From assembly GCA_022360855.1 (NCBI GenBank), contig JAKSBY010000477.1, positions 1 through 52,228 of the forward strand: a stretch of 52,228 nucleotides of DNA, written 5' to 3'. Numbering within the stretch: position 1 is the first letter of the stretch; each line of letters begins with the position of its first letter. Source of the stretch: Sphingomonadales bacterium (GTDB lineage Bacteria > Pseudomonadota > Alphaproteobacteria > Sphingomonadales > JAKSBY01). Below the pieces are notes generated by a model. The model had not been told where the DNA came from. It saw only the letters and a list, made by a program, of their open reading frames with translations, and searched no databases. This document shows positions 9,062-17,285 of the stretch, in pieces. The translations under genes and the position numbers were made by a program.

Positions 9062-10423
9062 TCATTTTTTGTCTCTATGCGGACTCGATTCCGATAGCGC
9101 GTTGTAGGCGCGCCTCGAAAGCGAGTAGAAAACCGCCGACAACGGCGCGCCGATCGCGACCACAACCGCGATGGATGCGCCGACCATCATTTCGTCTTTG
9201 AACAGATTATCGGTGATAAGCGCGACCAACGTCGGCCCGATCGCGTAACCGACGAGCGAGAGCACAAGCAGGTAGATTGCGTAGACCAGCCCGCGCATTT
9301 CGTTTGGCACGACGATCTGCAACGCAACGGGCGTCAGAGCGATCGCGGACGCAAGGCCGAACACGCCAACACCGGCAAGCACGAGCGACCAGAAGAAGGT
9401 CGGCGCAAAGGGCGCAAGAATCGCCGGAATGATGGCGAGCAGAACATAGCCACGCGCAACGACAATATGGGAATCCCTGAGCCCTCGGGCGGCGAGATGG
9501 TCGGCGAGCCAACCGGCCGTGACGAGCCCGCTGACGCCGCCGACGAGAACGACCAGGCCGTAGCCGCCGCCCACTTGGCCAGGCGTCAGCCCAAAATTTC
9601 GAATGAGAAAGGTCGGCATCCACGCGTGCAATGCCAAAACGGCAAGCCCGGCGAGCGCCGCGGCGGCAAAATGGGAAACAAAGAAGCGTTTGCGCAGAAA
9701 CATGAACGCAAGAACCTGCGAAATGGAGACAGCCGCCTGCCCGTCGGTGACGCGGCCCGTGCGCTTGGGCTCCCGCACAAGGGCAAACAGAAACGCCAGC
9801 GCCATTCCCGGCAGGCCGACCACAAAGAACGCCGCTTGCCATGGCCGGATTTCTCCGAGCAATGGAACGGTGATGGGCCCCATTCCCGAAACGTAGTCAA
9901 CGACCGCGCCCCCGAAAATGTAGGCGATGCCGGCGCCCGCCGAGCCTCCAATCGAGAAATATGCGATGGGACGCGCCAGTCTTTCCGGCGGAAAGTAATC
10001 GGCAATAAGGGAGTTCGCTGCCGGAGAAAGCCCTGCCTCACCGACACCGACGCCGACGCGAGCCAGAAACAGTTGGATGAAATTCGACGCCGCGCCGCAC
10101 AGTGCCGTCGCCAAGCTCCAGAAAAAGATGCTGACGCCGGCAATGGTACGTCGGCTGTAGCGGTCGGTCAGCCGCCCCATCGGCAGACCGACAACCACGT
10201 AGAGCAACGTGAAGGCCAATCCGTGAAGCAGGCTGATCTCGGTATCACTTAGGCCAAAATCCGCCTTGATCGGTTCGACCAGAAGCGTGAGGATCATCCG
10301 GTCGATCATTGAAAAAGTGAACGCAACCGTTAGCAGGCCAACGACACTCCAAGCGTAAACTTCACTTCTCCAAGCGAAGTCGGACTGCGAGGCTTCTTCT
10401 AAATTTTGAGCAGTAGGGTTCAT
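9062..10423 (-). CDS. MFS transporter
   Basis: 453 aa with about 12 hydrophobic helices. Motif A is GRLTDRYSRR after TM2. ATG at 10423. Confidence 0.85.
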   Translation of the reverse strand: MNPTAQNLEEASQSDFAWRSEVYAWSVVGLLTVAFTFSMIDRMILTLLVEPIKADFGLSDTEISLLHGLAFTLLYVVVGLPMGRLTDRYSRRTIAGVSIFFWSLATALCGAASNFIQLFLARVGVGVGEAGLSPAANSLIADYFPPERLARPIAYFSIGGSAGAGIAYIFGGAVVDYVSGMGPITVPLLGEIRPWQAAFFVVGLPGMALAFLFALVREPKRTGRVTDGQAAVSISQVLAFMFLRKRFFVSHFAAAALAGLAVLALHAWMPTFLIRNFGLTPGQVGGGYGLVVLVGGVSGLVTAGWLADHLAARGLRDSHIVVARGYVLLAIIPAILAPFAPTFFWSLVLAGVGVFGLASAIALTPVALQIVVPNEMRGLVYAIYLLVLSLVGYAIGPTLVALITDNLFKDEMMVGASIAVVVAIGAPLSAVFYSLSRRAYNALSESSPHRDKK

Positions 10424-10467
10424 TTCATCCCTAGGTTTGCGTTTTCATTTCGGTCATCAGGCCGAGT

Positions 10468-10501
10468 GCGGAGCGGGCCAGCCCAACACGTCCCGCTCCG
10501 C
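10468..10501 (-). terminator. Intercistronic GC-rich stem-loop between the TonB receptor and MFS genes (not followed by a T-tract)
   Basis: Perfect 10-bp inverted repeat GCGGAGCGGG (10468-10477) / CCCGCTCCGC (10492-10501) with a 14-nt loop. It lies 21 nt after the receptor stop. No U-run follows, so it is more likely an mRNA-processing or partial-termination element than a strong terminator. Confidence 0.4.
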
Positions 10502-10521
10502 CGCACGGCGATTGCTCCGGC

Positions 10522-12603
10522 TCAGAAGCGAGCCGAAACGGACCCGACGACCAAACGCGGCTGGCCGCGGCGTGCCAGAACGTCGCCGTCAAATGGCTGA
10601 AGTTCCGAATGATAGGCTTCGTCAGTCAGGTTTTCTCCGCGCACGGCAACTTCCCATCTTCCGTCAGGAGGAGAGATCGCAATGCGCGCGCCGAAAACAG
10701 CGTAGGAGTCCTGCTCCAGCGTGTTGATGGTGTCCCAGAAGAAAGCGGAGCTGTATGAAACATCGGCGCGCAGCGAAAGAACCAGCGAAGACGTGATTTC
10801 CGTTTCGTAATCAACACTGGCGCCGCCGGAGAAATCGGGCGCATACGGCACCTCGAAGCCGTCAAACATTCCCGCCGTGAACTTCGAGTCCATGACGCCG
10901 CCGTTAATGGTGAACGAAAGCTCGGCTACCGGGCGCACGGTCAGCGCGAACTCACCGCCGAATGTGCGCGCATCGCCGACATTGCCGATCGCCTCGTTCG
11001 GGACGCCGCTGGGATCAAGCACCAATGTTTCGAGCTGACGATCCTTGCTTTGGATAAAGAAGGCGGCAATTTCGTATGTCAGCAGGGCATTTGGGGTCTG
11101 TCCTTTTACACCCACTTCAAAATTACGCGCCTTCTCCGGCTCGTAAGGCAGCAGAGGCGTCGCATTGAACAGGGTGAATCGAGCGGGCTCATAACCTTCC
11201 GCCAGGTTGAAATAAACCATCACGGCGGGACCGACCTCATAAGAAAGCGTCAGCTTCGGCAGAACGACCGTATCTTTGACACTCAAGCTCTCGTCGATCA
11301 CCCGATTGAGCCCGAAGAAATCACTATGGTTCAGCCGGGCGCCCAACGACGCTTCAAATGGTCCGGATGAATAGGTTACCGTCGCAAACCCGGCCAGGAT
11401 TTCCTCAAGGCTGGTATTGTCGTGGAAACCCAGAATGAAATCCGGCGCGCCGCCGAAATCCGTACCGATAACAACATCCGCAGCCGTGTTCACGGGCAAC
11501 CGGTCGCGCAAGCGTGCGTAATAGCCGCCGACCAGCCAATTCCAGCCGTCGTCGAAATTCGACTGCAAGCGAACTTCCTGGGTAAACACCTTGGTGTCCA
11601 CCGGATCGGTCTGAAAGACCCAAACGCCATCCAGCGGGCTATAATCCAGGTCCCACAGGATTTCGCTTTTCCGTTCGGTGTAGGACGTCAACGACGTCAC
11701 TGATAAATCGCTGGTGACGTCGTGTTCTATGTTGAGAATCCCGGCTAGAATCCTGCGCTTGTTAAAGACGTCCAGGTTCAGATTCGATTCGAGCCTGAAT
11801 ACCGACGGCGACGGCGTCGTGTAGTAGTCGTTGCCGCCGTTCTCGAGATCGCTGTACCGAAAGCTCAGATTGACGTCGGTCGCGTCCGAAGGCGTGAAAC
11901 GGAGAGCCACCCGGATACCGTGTTCTTTTGACTTGTCGTTGTTGATACCGGTTACGTTGTTTTCCAGAAAGCCGTTATTGGTGTCGATATACCCGGAGAC
12001 CCGCGCCGCAAACATGTCCGACAGCGGAATGTTGATCGAGCCATTTCCGTTTTTGATTTTCTGTTGGCCGACCTCGATGGTCGCCTGCCCCTCAAATCCC
12101 TCCACCGACGGCTTTTTGGTGACATATTTTACCGCGCCACCAACGGAGCTGCCGCCATAAAGCGTGCCTTGCGGCCCTTTCAGCACCTCAATGCGTTCCA
12201 AATCGACAAGGCGGCTCGCCTGATCCGTAAAGTTCTGAACATCGTCGATATAAAAACCGATGCCCTGAACGTTGCCGAAGGACCCGACGCCGCGAATGAC
12301 GACGTTCGGCTCATTGTCGCCGCGGCGGCTCAGAACGACGTTGGGAACGGACAGTCCCAGCTTGTCGATATTGATGATGCTCCCTTTTTTGAGCGCATCT
12401 TCCGAGAAGGCACTGATCGTCTCCGGCACGTCGGTGATTGATTCAGCGCGCTTGCGCGCCGTAACGGTGATGCTATCAATGACGATAACCTCCCCCGCGG
12501 CTGCACCGTCATCCGATTGTGCAAGCGCGCTCGGACCGCTCGCAAACACCAAGGCGACAATACAAGAGCTTGTCAGCATCGATGTTGTCATGATTTTAGG
12601 CAT
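10522..12603 (-). CDS. TonB-dependent outer-membrane receptor (locus 1)
   Basis: 693 aa. Signal peptide ..FASGPSALA/QS, a TonB-box-like VIVIDSITVTA, and the plug motif IEVLKGPQGTLYGGSSVGGAV. A long barrel ends in a terminal aromatic (..SVSARF). AAGGGAGG precedes ATG 12603. Confidence 0.9.
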   Translation of the reverse strand: MPKIMTTSMLTSSCIVALVFASGPSALAQSDDGAAAGEVIVIDSITVTARKRAESITDVPETISAFSEDALKKGSIINIDKLGLSVPNVVLSRRGDNEPNVVIRGVGSFGNVQGIGFYIDDVQNFTDQASRLVDLERIEVLKGPQGTLYGGSSVGGAVKYVTKKPSVEGFEGQATIEVGQQKIKNGNGSINIPLSDMFAARVSGYIDTNNGFLENNVTGINNDKSKEHGIRVALRFTPSDATDVNLSFRYSDLENGGNDYYTTPSPSVFRLESNLNLDVFNKRRILAGILNIEHDVTSDLSVTSLTSYTERKSEILWDLDYSPLDGVWVFQTDPVDTKVFTQEVRLQSNFDDGWNWLVGGYYARLRDRLPVNTAADVVIGTDFGGAPDFILGFHDNTSLEEILAGFATVTYSSGPFEASLGARLNHSDFFGLNRVIDESLSVKDTVVLPKLTLSYEVGPAVMVYFNLAEGYEPARFTLFNATPLLPYEPEKARNFEVGVKGQTPNALLTYEIAAFFIQSKDRQLETLVLDPSGVPNEAIGNVGDARTFGGEFALTVRPVAELSFTINGGVMDSKFTAGMFDGFEVPYAPDFSGGASVDYETEITSSLVLSLRADVSYSSAFFWDTINTLEQDSYAVFGARIAISPPDGRWEVAVRGENLTDEAYHSELQPFDGDVLARRGQPRLVVGSVSARF

Positions 12604-12634
12604 TGAGAATACCTCCCTTTTACCGCCCGCCTTT

Positions 12635-12692
12635 CACGGATCGCTTGTTACGTATCCGTATCATGACTATTACGTATCCGTAAGTCAAGTGT
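12635..12692 (-). promoter_or_regulatory. Candidate promoter/operator of the TonB-receptor operon
   Basis: Direct repeat TTACGTATCCGTA at 12648-12660 and 12670-12682 (22-bp phase). An inverted ACGGAT half-site sits at 12636-12641. On the minus strand, TTGACT (12684-12689), a 17-nt spacer, then CATGAT. The 22-mer 12670-12691 matches 14491-14512 at 19/22. Confidence 0.4.
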
Positions 12693-12736
12693 GGAAAGGC
12701 ATTCCAGGCCGAGCGCCGCCGACTTCTGGCGGAAGC

Positions 12737-13498
12737 CTATTCTTCCCACTCAAGATTACCGCTCACGGAGATAAGTTCGCCGGTAATGTTCGGAACCGCT
12801 TCGGATGTCAAAAACAGGACCGTTTCCGCCAGCTCGGCCATCGAAACCTTTGAACGAGTGGAGATGTATTTCAGATAATCCCGTTCCAGTTCGGCGGTTG
12901 ACACGCCCTGATCCGCGGCCCGCTGCTCGATGATGCGTCGCATGCGATCATTGTCGATGATGCCCGGCAGAATTGCGTTGCATCGAATCCCGAAAACGCC
13001 GAGTTCCCGCGCGGCGTTCAGCGTCAAGCCCTCGAGCGCGAATTTCGAAGCAACATAGGCCGTTCGAAACGGAAGACGCGTACGCGTGGACGACGTTGAA
13101 AAATTGATAATCGCGCCACCGCCATTCTGTTTCATATGAGGAATGGAGTGCTGCATCGTGTAGAGAATGCCATGCACGTTGACGTCAAAAGTCTTGCGCC
13201 ATTCGGCGTCATCGAGCTCGTCGACCGGCGCCCGCGGTCCCGCAACGCCGACGCAATTCACCAGTGTGGTCAGCGGCCCTATCTTATCGGCCACATCCCG
13301 AAACATGCCCGCGACCGACGCAGCATCCGCGATTGACCGAACGGAGCCTGCCATGCCGGGATTGGCGGCCAGCGTCTCCGCCACGGCATCTTCGCGAATA
13401 TCGCAGATGTAAACGCGATCCCCGCGCGCGCGCATCTTTTCGGCGATCACGCGACCGACGCTGTCGCCCGCGCCGGTGATTAACGCTCCCTGGCCCAT
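12737..13498 (-). CDS. SDR family oxidoreductase
   Basis: 253 aa with ITGAGDSVGRVIA (Rossmann loop) and YVASKFA (YxxxK). It lies 15 nt downstream of the BKACE gene. Confidence 0.9.
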   Translation of the reverse strand: MGQGALITGAGDSVGRVIAEKMRARGDRVYICDIREDAVAETLAANPGMAGSVRSIADAASVAGMFRDVADKIGPLTTLVNCVGVAGPRAPVDELDDAEWRKTFDVNVHGILYTMQHSIPHMKQNGGGAIINFSTSSTRTRLPFRTAYVASKFALEGLTLNAARELGVFGIRCNAILPGIIDNDRMRRIIEQRAADQGVSTAELERDYLKYISTRSKVSMAELAETVLFLTSEAVPNITGELISVSGNLEWEE

Positions 13499-13513
13499 GA
13501 CCTGTTCGCCGCC

Positions 13514-14449
13514 CTAGAACGCCACGGCGTCGCCGCCTTTTAGCGACAGCATTTCGCGGGCCTCATCCGGTGAAGCCGTCTCGATGCCTAATTCTTCGAG
13601 GATGCGCTTTATCTTCGTCACTTGCTCGGCGTTGCCGGCCGCCAATCTGCCGCGCGAGATATATAGACTGTCCTCAAGCCCGACCCGGACGCTTCCGCCA
13701 AGCATCGCCGACATCGTGCAGAACCGCATTTGGTTCTTTCCGGCCGCGAATGTCGAAAGGTAATATTGATCGCCGAACAGGCCGTCCGCCACGGTCTGAA
13801 AATGTGCGAGATTGCGCAAATCAGGGCCGATACCTCCCAGCACGCCAAATATGCCCTGCACAAGAAACGGCGGCTTCGCCAGGCCGCGGTCTGCAAAATG
13901 GGCCAGCGTATAGAGGTGGCCTATATCGTAGCATTCATACTCAAATCGGGTATCGAACGCGTCTCCAACTTCGGTCAGGATCCGTTCGATATAGTAGTTT
14001 GTGTTGTACATGACCCGATCGTACGATCCGTCCACATACGGCTTCTCCCAATCATACTTCCATTCCTGCACGCGTTTCCCCGCCGCGGAATAGTCGAAGA
14101 TCAGCGGCCCCATGTTCAACGAACAAACTTCCGGCTGCGCGCGCTTCGGGGCCTCAAGCCGCTCATCGAGCGACATCAAATGGCTGCCGCCCGTGGTGAT
14201 GTTGACCACGGCCTTGGTGCTCTGCTTGATGCGCGGCAAAAATTCCATGAAAACGTCCGCGCTCGGCGTGGGGCTGCCGTCCGAGGGATCGCGCGCGTGC
14301 AAATGCAGAATCGCCGCTCCGGCCTCCGCCGCCGCGATCGCCTCCGACGCGATTTCGTCCGGGGTGATCGGCAAGTGCGGCGACATCGAGGGCGTGTGAA
14401 TGGAGCCGGTCACCGCGCAGCTAATTATTGCTTTACCTGTACGTGCCAT
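13514..14449 (-). CDS. Beta-keto acid cleavage enzyme family protein (BKACE, DUF849; 3-keto-5-aminohexanoate cleavage enzyme-like)
   Basis: The ORF-track frame runs on to 14992 through intergenic DNA. ATG 14449 gives MARTGKAIISCAVTGSIHTPSMSPHLPITPDEIA..AAILHLHARDP, the typical BKACE start and metal-ligand region. 311 aa. Confidence 0.85.
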   Translation of the reverse strand: MARTGKAIISCAVTGSIHTPSMSPHLPITPDEIASEAIAAAEAGAAILHLHARDPSDGSPTPSADVFMEFLPRIKQSTKAVVNITTGGSHLMSLDERLEAPKRAQPEVCSLNMGPLIFDYSAAGKRVQEWKYDWEKPYVDGSYDRVMYNTNYYIERILTEVGDAFDTRFEYECYDIGHLYTLAHFADRGLAKPPFLVQGIFGVLGGIGPDLRNLAHFQTVADGLFGDQYYLSTFAAGKNQMRFCTMSAMLGGSVRVGLEDSLYISRGRLAAGNAEQVTKIKRILEELGIETASPDEAREMLSLKGGDAVAF

Positions 14450-14450
14450 T

Positions 14451-14512
14451 ACCGTATTTCCGTTATCCTTACCGATCCGAAAGTAAGTCATTACGGATCG
14501 GTAAGTCAAGAG
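14451..14512. promoter_or_regulatory. Candidate shared operator in the divergent BKACE / XRE-cupin spacer
   Basis: Perfect 12-bp inverted repeat CTTACCGATCCG (14468-14479) / CGGATCGGTAAG (14494-14505) with a 14-nt spacer. GTAAGTCA is repeated at 14483-14490 and 14501-14508. Minus-strand TTGACT at 14504-14509 lies 55-60 nt upstream of the BKACE ATG. Confidence 0.45.
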
Positions 14513-14572
14513 ATGAAGGATTGCATGCGGCGACCAGGCTGTGCAACAATTCGGGGTTGAAAGAAGCAGAGC

Positions 14573-15286
14573 ATGAAGCAGGCGGCTGGGAAGGTAAGGA
14601 AAGCGAAAACAGTCGCGAGCGGCCCCGCAAGAGAACGGGTCGCTTGGCGCCGCGACGCCAAGGATCAGCACGTCACGGGCCGCTTGGGCGAACGCATTCG
14701 CGCGCATCGTGAACGGCTTGGACTGTCGATTAGCGCAGCAAGCGAACTGACGGGCATCCCGGGGGCATCTCTGTCGCGTATTGAAAACAACAAAATGTCG
14801 CCGACATTTCCCGTCTTGCTGAAACTCATGACGGGCTTGCGCCTGCCCTGGGCCGAATTGATGTCCGAATCGGAAATCGCGTCGCCGGGAAAAGACGAAA
14901 TAAGCATAGATTCGCCGATCGCCGCCAAACATGCCGATCTGCCGGGCTACGCCTATTCCGTCCTTCACATGGATAGTCCCCACCGACAACATTTTCTGCC
15001 AATGGTCACTGACGTACTGGCGACAACAATCGAGGAAGCGGGTGGGCTACGAGGGCACGAGGGCGTTGAGTTCTGCTACGTTTTGAGCGGCACTTTGCAG
15101 GTCCACTTCGAAGGCCGTCCGACGCAGGAGTTGCCGAAAGGAGCGAGCGCTCTGTTCAACTGCGAAATACCGCATGCCTATGTCAGCAAAAAAAGATCAA
15201 AAACGACTATTCTGATCATTGTCGTTACCGATCCGCTTGCCCACGACATCAGCGAAGAACCGTTCAGACGGCGAACGACGGAATAA
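14573..15286 (+). CDS. XRE-family HTH transcriptional regulator with C-terminal cupin domain
   Basis: 237 aa. HTH_3 region LGERIRAHRERLGLSISAASELTGIPGASLSRIENNKMSPTFPVLLKL. Cupin-like C-terminal half (..GVEFCYVLSGTLQVHFEG..ALFNCEIPHAY). The exact start is uncertain. Confidence 0.85.
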   Translation: MKQAAGKVRKAKTVASGPARERVAWRRDAKDQHVTGRLGERIRAHRERLGLSISAASELTGIPGASLSRIENNKMSPTFPVLLKLMTGLRLPWAELMSESEIASPGKDEISIDSPIAAKHADLPGYAYSVLHMDSPHRQHFLPMVTDVLATTIEEAGGLRGHEGVEFCYVLSGTLQVHFEGRPTQELPKGASALFNCEIPHAYVSKKRSKTTILIIVVTDPLAHDISEEPFRRRTTE

Positions 15287-15433
15287 TGACTGCCAAGGTA
15301 TAACCGCCAGGCCGCGGTTTCGTACCAAGACGGCCTGGGCAGAGGCGCTGGAACGCGCACCCATCGTGATCAGCGGCCTTATTGCGACTATCAGGTTTTT
15401 GCCAAAAGCCAGAGCGGCGACTGCGCTGCGGCC

Positions 15434-15907
15434 ATGGCCTATCTGACCGAACGCCGCATCGGCTACAAGCGCGTAGTAGAAACGGCCTCACTCGATCAAG
15501 CAATCACCATAAAAACCGGCCAGGCCCCTGCCATCAAGCCCGATAGAGAGGCCTTGAAAACCACATTGGAGCGCGCGGGCTATCCGGAAAGAGCTGACAG
15601 CGAAACTGTCCAGCCGCTCAAAGCCATTTTGATCATCACCGCCATGACCTTGCTGTCAGCGATTACCTATGGACCCGCCGCAGCGCTGCTGGTCGAAATG
15701 TTTCCTGCCAATATGCGCTATACGTCAATCTCCATCCCCTACCACTTCGGCGCTGGCTATGTCGGCGGGTTCTTGCCCTTACTGCTCGTAATAGAAACAG
15801 GCAGCATCTACGCCGAGCTTTACTACACGATCGGCGTTCCGATCATCGCCCTGGCGGTTTCACTGGCCTTTCTGCCGGAGACCAAAGACCGCGATATGAT
15901 GGTCTGA
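15434..15907 (+). pseudogene. C-terminal fragment of an MHS-type MFS transporter
   Basis: Only the last ~100 residues look transporter-like: ..ITYGPAAALLVEMFPANMRYTSISIPYHFGAGYVGGFLPLLL..LAFLPETKDRDM. This is the metabolite:H+ symporter C-terminus including the PETK motif. No upstream helices are present in any frame between 15287 and 15600. Confidence 0.55.
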
Positions 15908-15925
15908 CCGGGGCCGGGAAGAAAC

Positions 15926-16780
15926 TCAGTCCGCGAAAACCACGGTCTTGGTGTCGTTGGCGATGATGCGGTGTTCCAGGTGGTAGCGGACAGCTCTGGC
16001 AAGCACCCGGCATTCTATCTCCCGCCCTTTCCGGATGAGTGCCTCAGGGGTGTCGGCGTGGCTGATGCGCTGGACGTCTTGCTCAATAATCGGGCCTTCA
16101 TCAAGGTCAGGCGTCACATAATGCGCCGTTGCGCCGATCACCTTCACGCCGCGTTCGAATGCCTGATGATAGGGCCGCGCACCCTTGAAGCTGGGCAGGA
16201 AACTGTGATGGATGTTTATGCAATTGCCTTTCAGCGCTTGAGACAGGCTATCGGAGAGAATCTGCATATAGCGTGCGAGAACCACCAGTTGTGTGTCGGT
16301 GTCTTTGACGAGCTTTAGCAGTGCTTCTTCCTGCGCGGGCTTGGTCTCCTTCGTTACCGGCAAATGGTGAAACGCAATATCTCCAAAATCCAGACCGCGA
16401 AATGTTTCAATGGGGTGGTTTGAAACAATAGCCGTAATCTTCATAGGCATTTCGCCAATGCGCGAGCGATAGAGCAAATCTGCCAGACAATGATCGAATT
16501 TGGACACCATAATCAAAACCCGGGTCGGCTCCGCACGGCTGCGTAGGGACCAATCCATGTCAAGCGTTTTGGCGACTTGAGCGAAGGCGGCCTTAAACGC
16601 AGCGATATCGCTGTCAATCCGAAAGAGAACACGCATGAAAAACCGGTGGCTTACGGGGTCGTCGAACTGCTGGGCTTCAAAAATATCACCGCCAAACTCA
16701 ACCAGTTTCGTGGACACCTGCGCCACAATGCCAGGCGCGTTGGTGCAAGATAGAACCAACGCGTACTCATGTGTGTTCAT
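15926..16780 (-). CDS. purU: Formyltetrahydrofolate deformylase
   Basis: ATG 16780 ([23 protein letters not shown].., ACT domain), 284 aa. The formyltransferase core has [11 protein letters not shown] and [16 protein letters not shown]. The longer ORF-track frame to 17068 would overlap the upstream gene by about 300 nt. Confidence 0.9.
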   Translation of the reverse strand: MNTHEYALVLSCTNAPGIVAQVSTKLVEFGGDIFEAQQFDDPVSHRFFMRVLFRIDSDIAAFKAAFAQVAKTLDMDWSLRSRAEPTRVLIMVSKFDHCLADLLYRSRIGEMPMKITAIVSNHPIETFRGLDFGDIAFHHLPVTKETKPAQEEALLKLVKDTDTQLVVLARYMQILSDSLSQALKGNCINIHHSFLPSFKGARPYHQAFERGVKVIGATAHYVTPDLDEGPIIEQDVQRISHADTPEALIRKGREIECRVLARAVRYHLEHRIIANDTKTVVFAD

Positions 16781-17285
16781 GCGGAAAATGCCTTTCTTGA
16801 AGGGTCTTATGATGTTCAAGCCAGCCGTTAAAAGACATGCCGTAACTCGCTGGGACGCCAGCGGCCAACCTTTCCGGCGCATTGCGCCAAAGTAGGACGG
16901 GGATATGATCAATGACCGTGGCCGCTGCAGTGCCAACCGGGAAAGCTTCTTCACGCAGATCAACCGCTGTGCCGGCGGCCAGGATCTCACGCGCGTGTTT
17001 GATTGGCAGCAGAAAAACCGCCCTGGCATGGGACTGATTGGACACCGGAGTATGATCCGGGGGATCAAAGCGGCCCAAAATCAGCCACTGATCACGGCCT
17101 GTCCATATAATGCTGTGCGTGCGGTTAGAGGCCGTGCCGCCGACTTCAGGCATGGTAAGGCCCGTCTGCTCCCTAACGATAGGCGCGAGGACGCCCCGCG
17201 GCGCGAAGGCCATTTGGGCATTATCGATCATCAGCAGCGGATAGGCTGGTTCGGAAACAAGCGGGGTTTTGCCAAGATCAGACAT
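16767..17285 (-). CDS. mgdD: N-methylglutamate dehydrogenase / sarcosine oxidase family, gamma subunit (SoxG-like)
   Basis: 172 aa from ATG 17285 ([10 protein letters not shown]..). It overlaps the alpha-subunit stop by 8 nt and the purU start by 14 nt. Size and position match SoxG/MgdD. Sequence conservation in this family is weak, so the call is largely positional. Confidence 0.75.
   Translation of the reverse strand: MSDLGKTPLVSEPAYPLLMIDNAQMAFAPRGVLAPIVREQTGLTMPEVGGTASNRTHSIIWTGRDQWLILGRFDPPDHTPVSNQSHARAVFLLPIKHAREILAAGTAVDLREEAFPVGTAAATVIDHIPVLLWRNAPERLAAGVPASYGMSFNGWLEHHKTLQERHFPHEHT

Noticed and set aside
13514-14992. N-terminal extensions suggested by the ORF track: BKACE to 14992, purU to 17068, the hydrolase to 9165, hyuA to 7898, czcB to 48124, the alpha/beta protein to 41772, ACAD to 29073, mgsB to 25107.
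   Set aside because: In each case an internal ATG gives the canonical family N-terminus. It usually also has an SD sequence or an ATGA/short-gap junction to the upstream gene. The extension has no family-like sequence and would overlap neighbouring genes or intergenic regulatory DNA.
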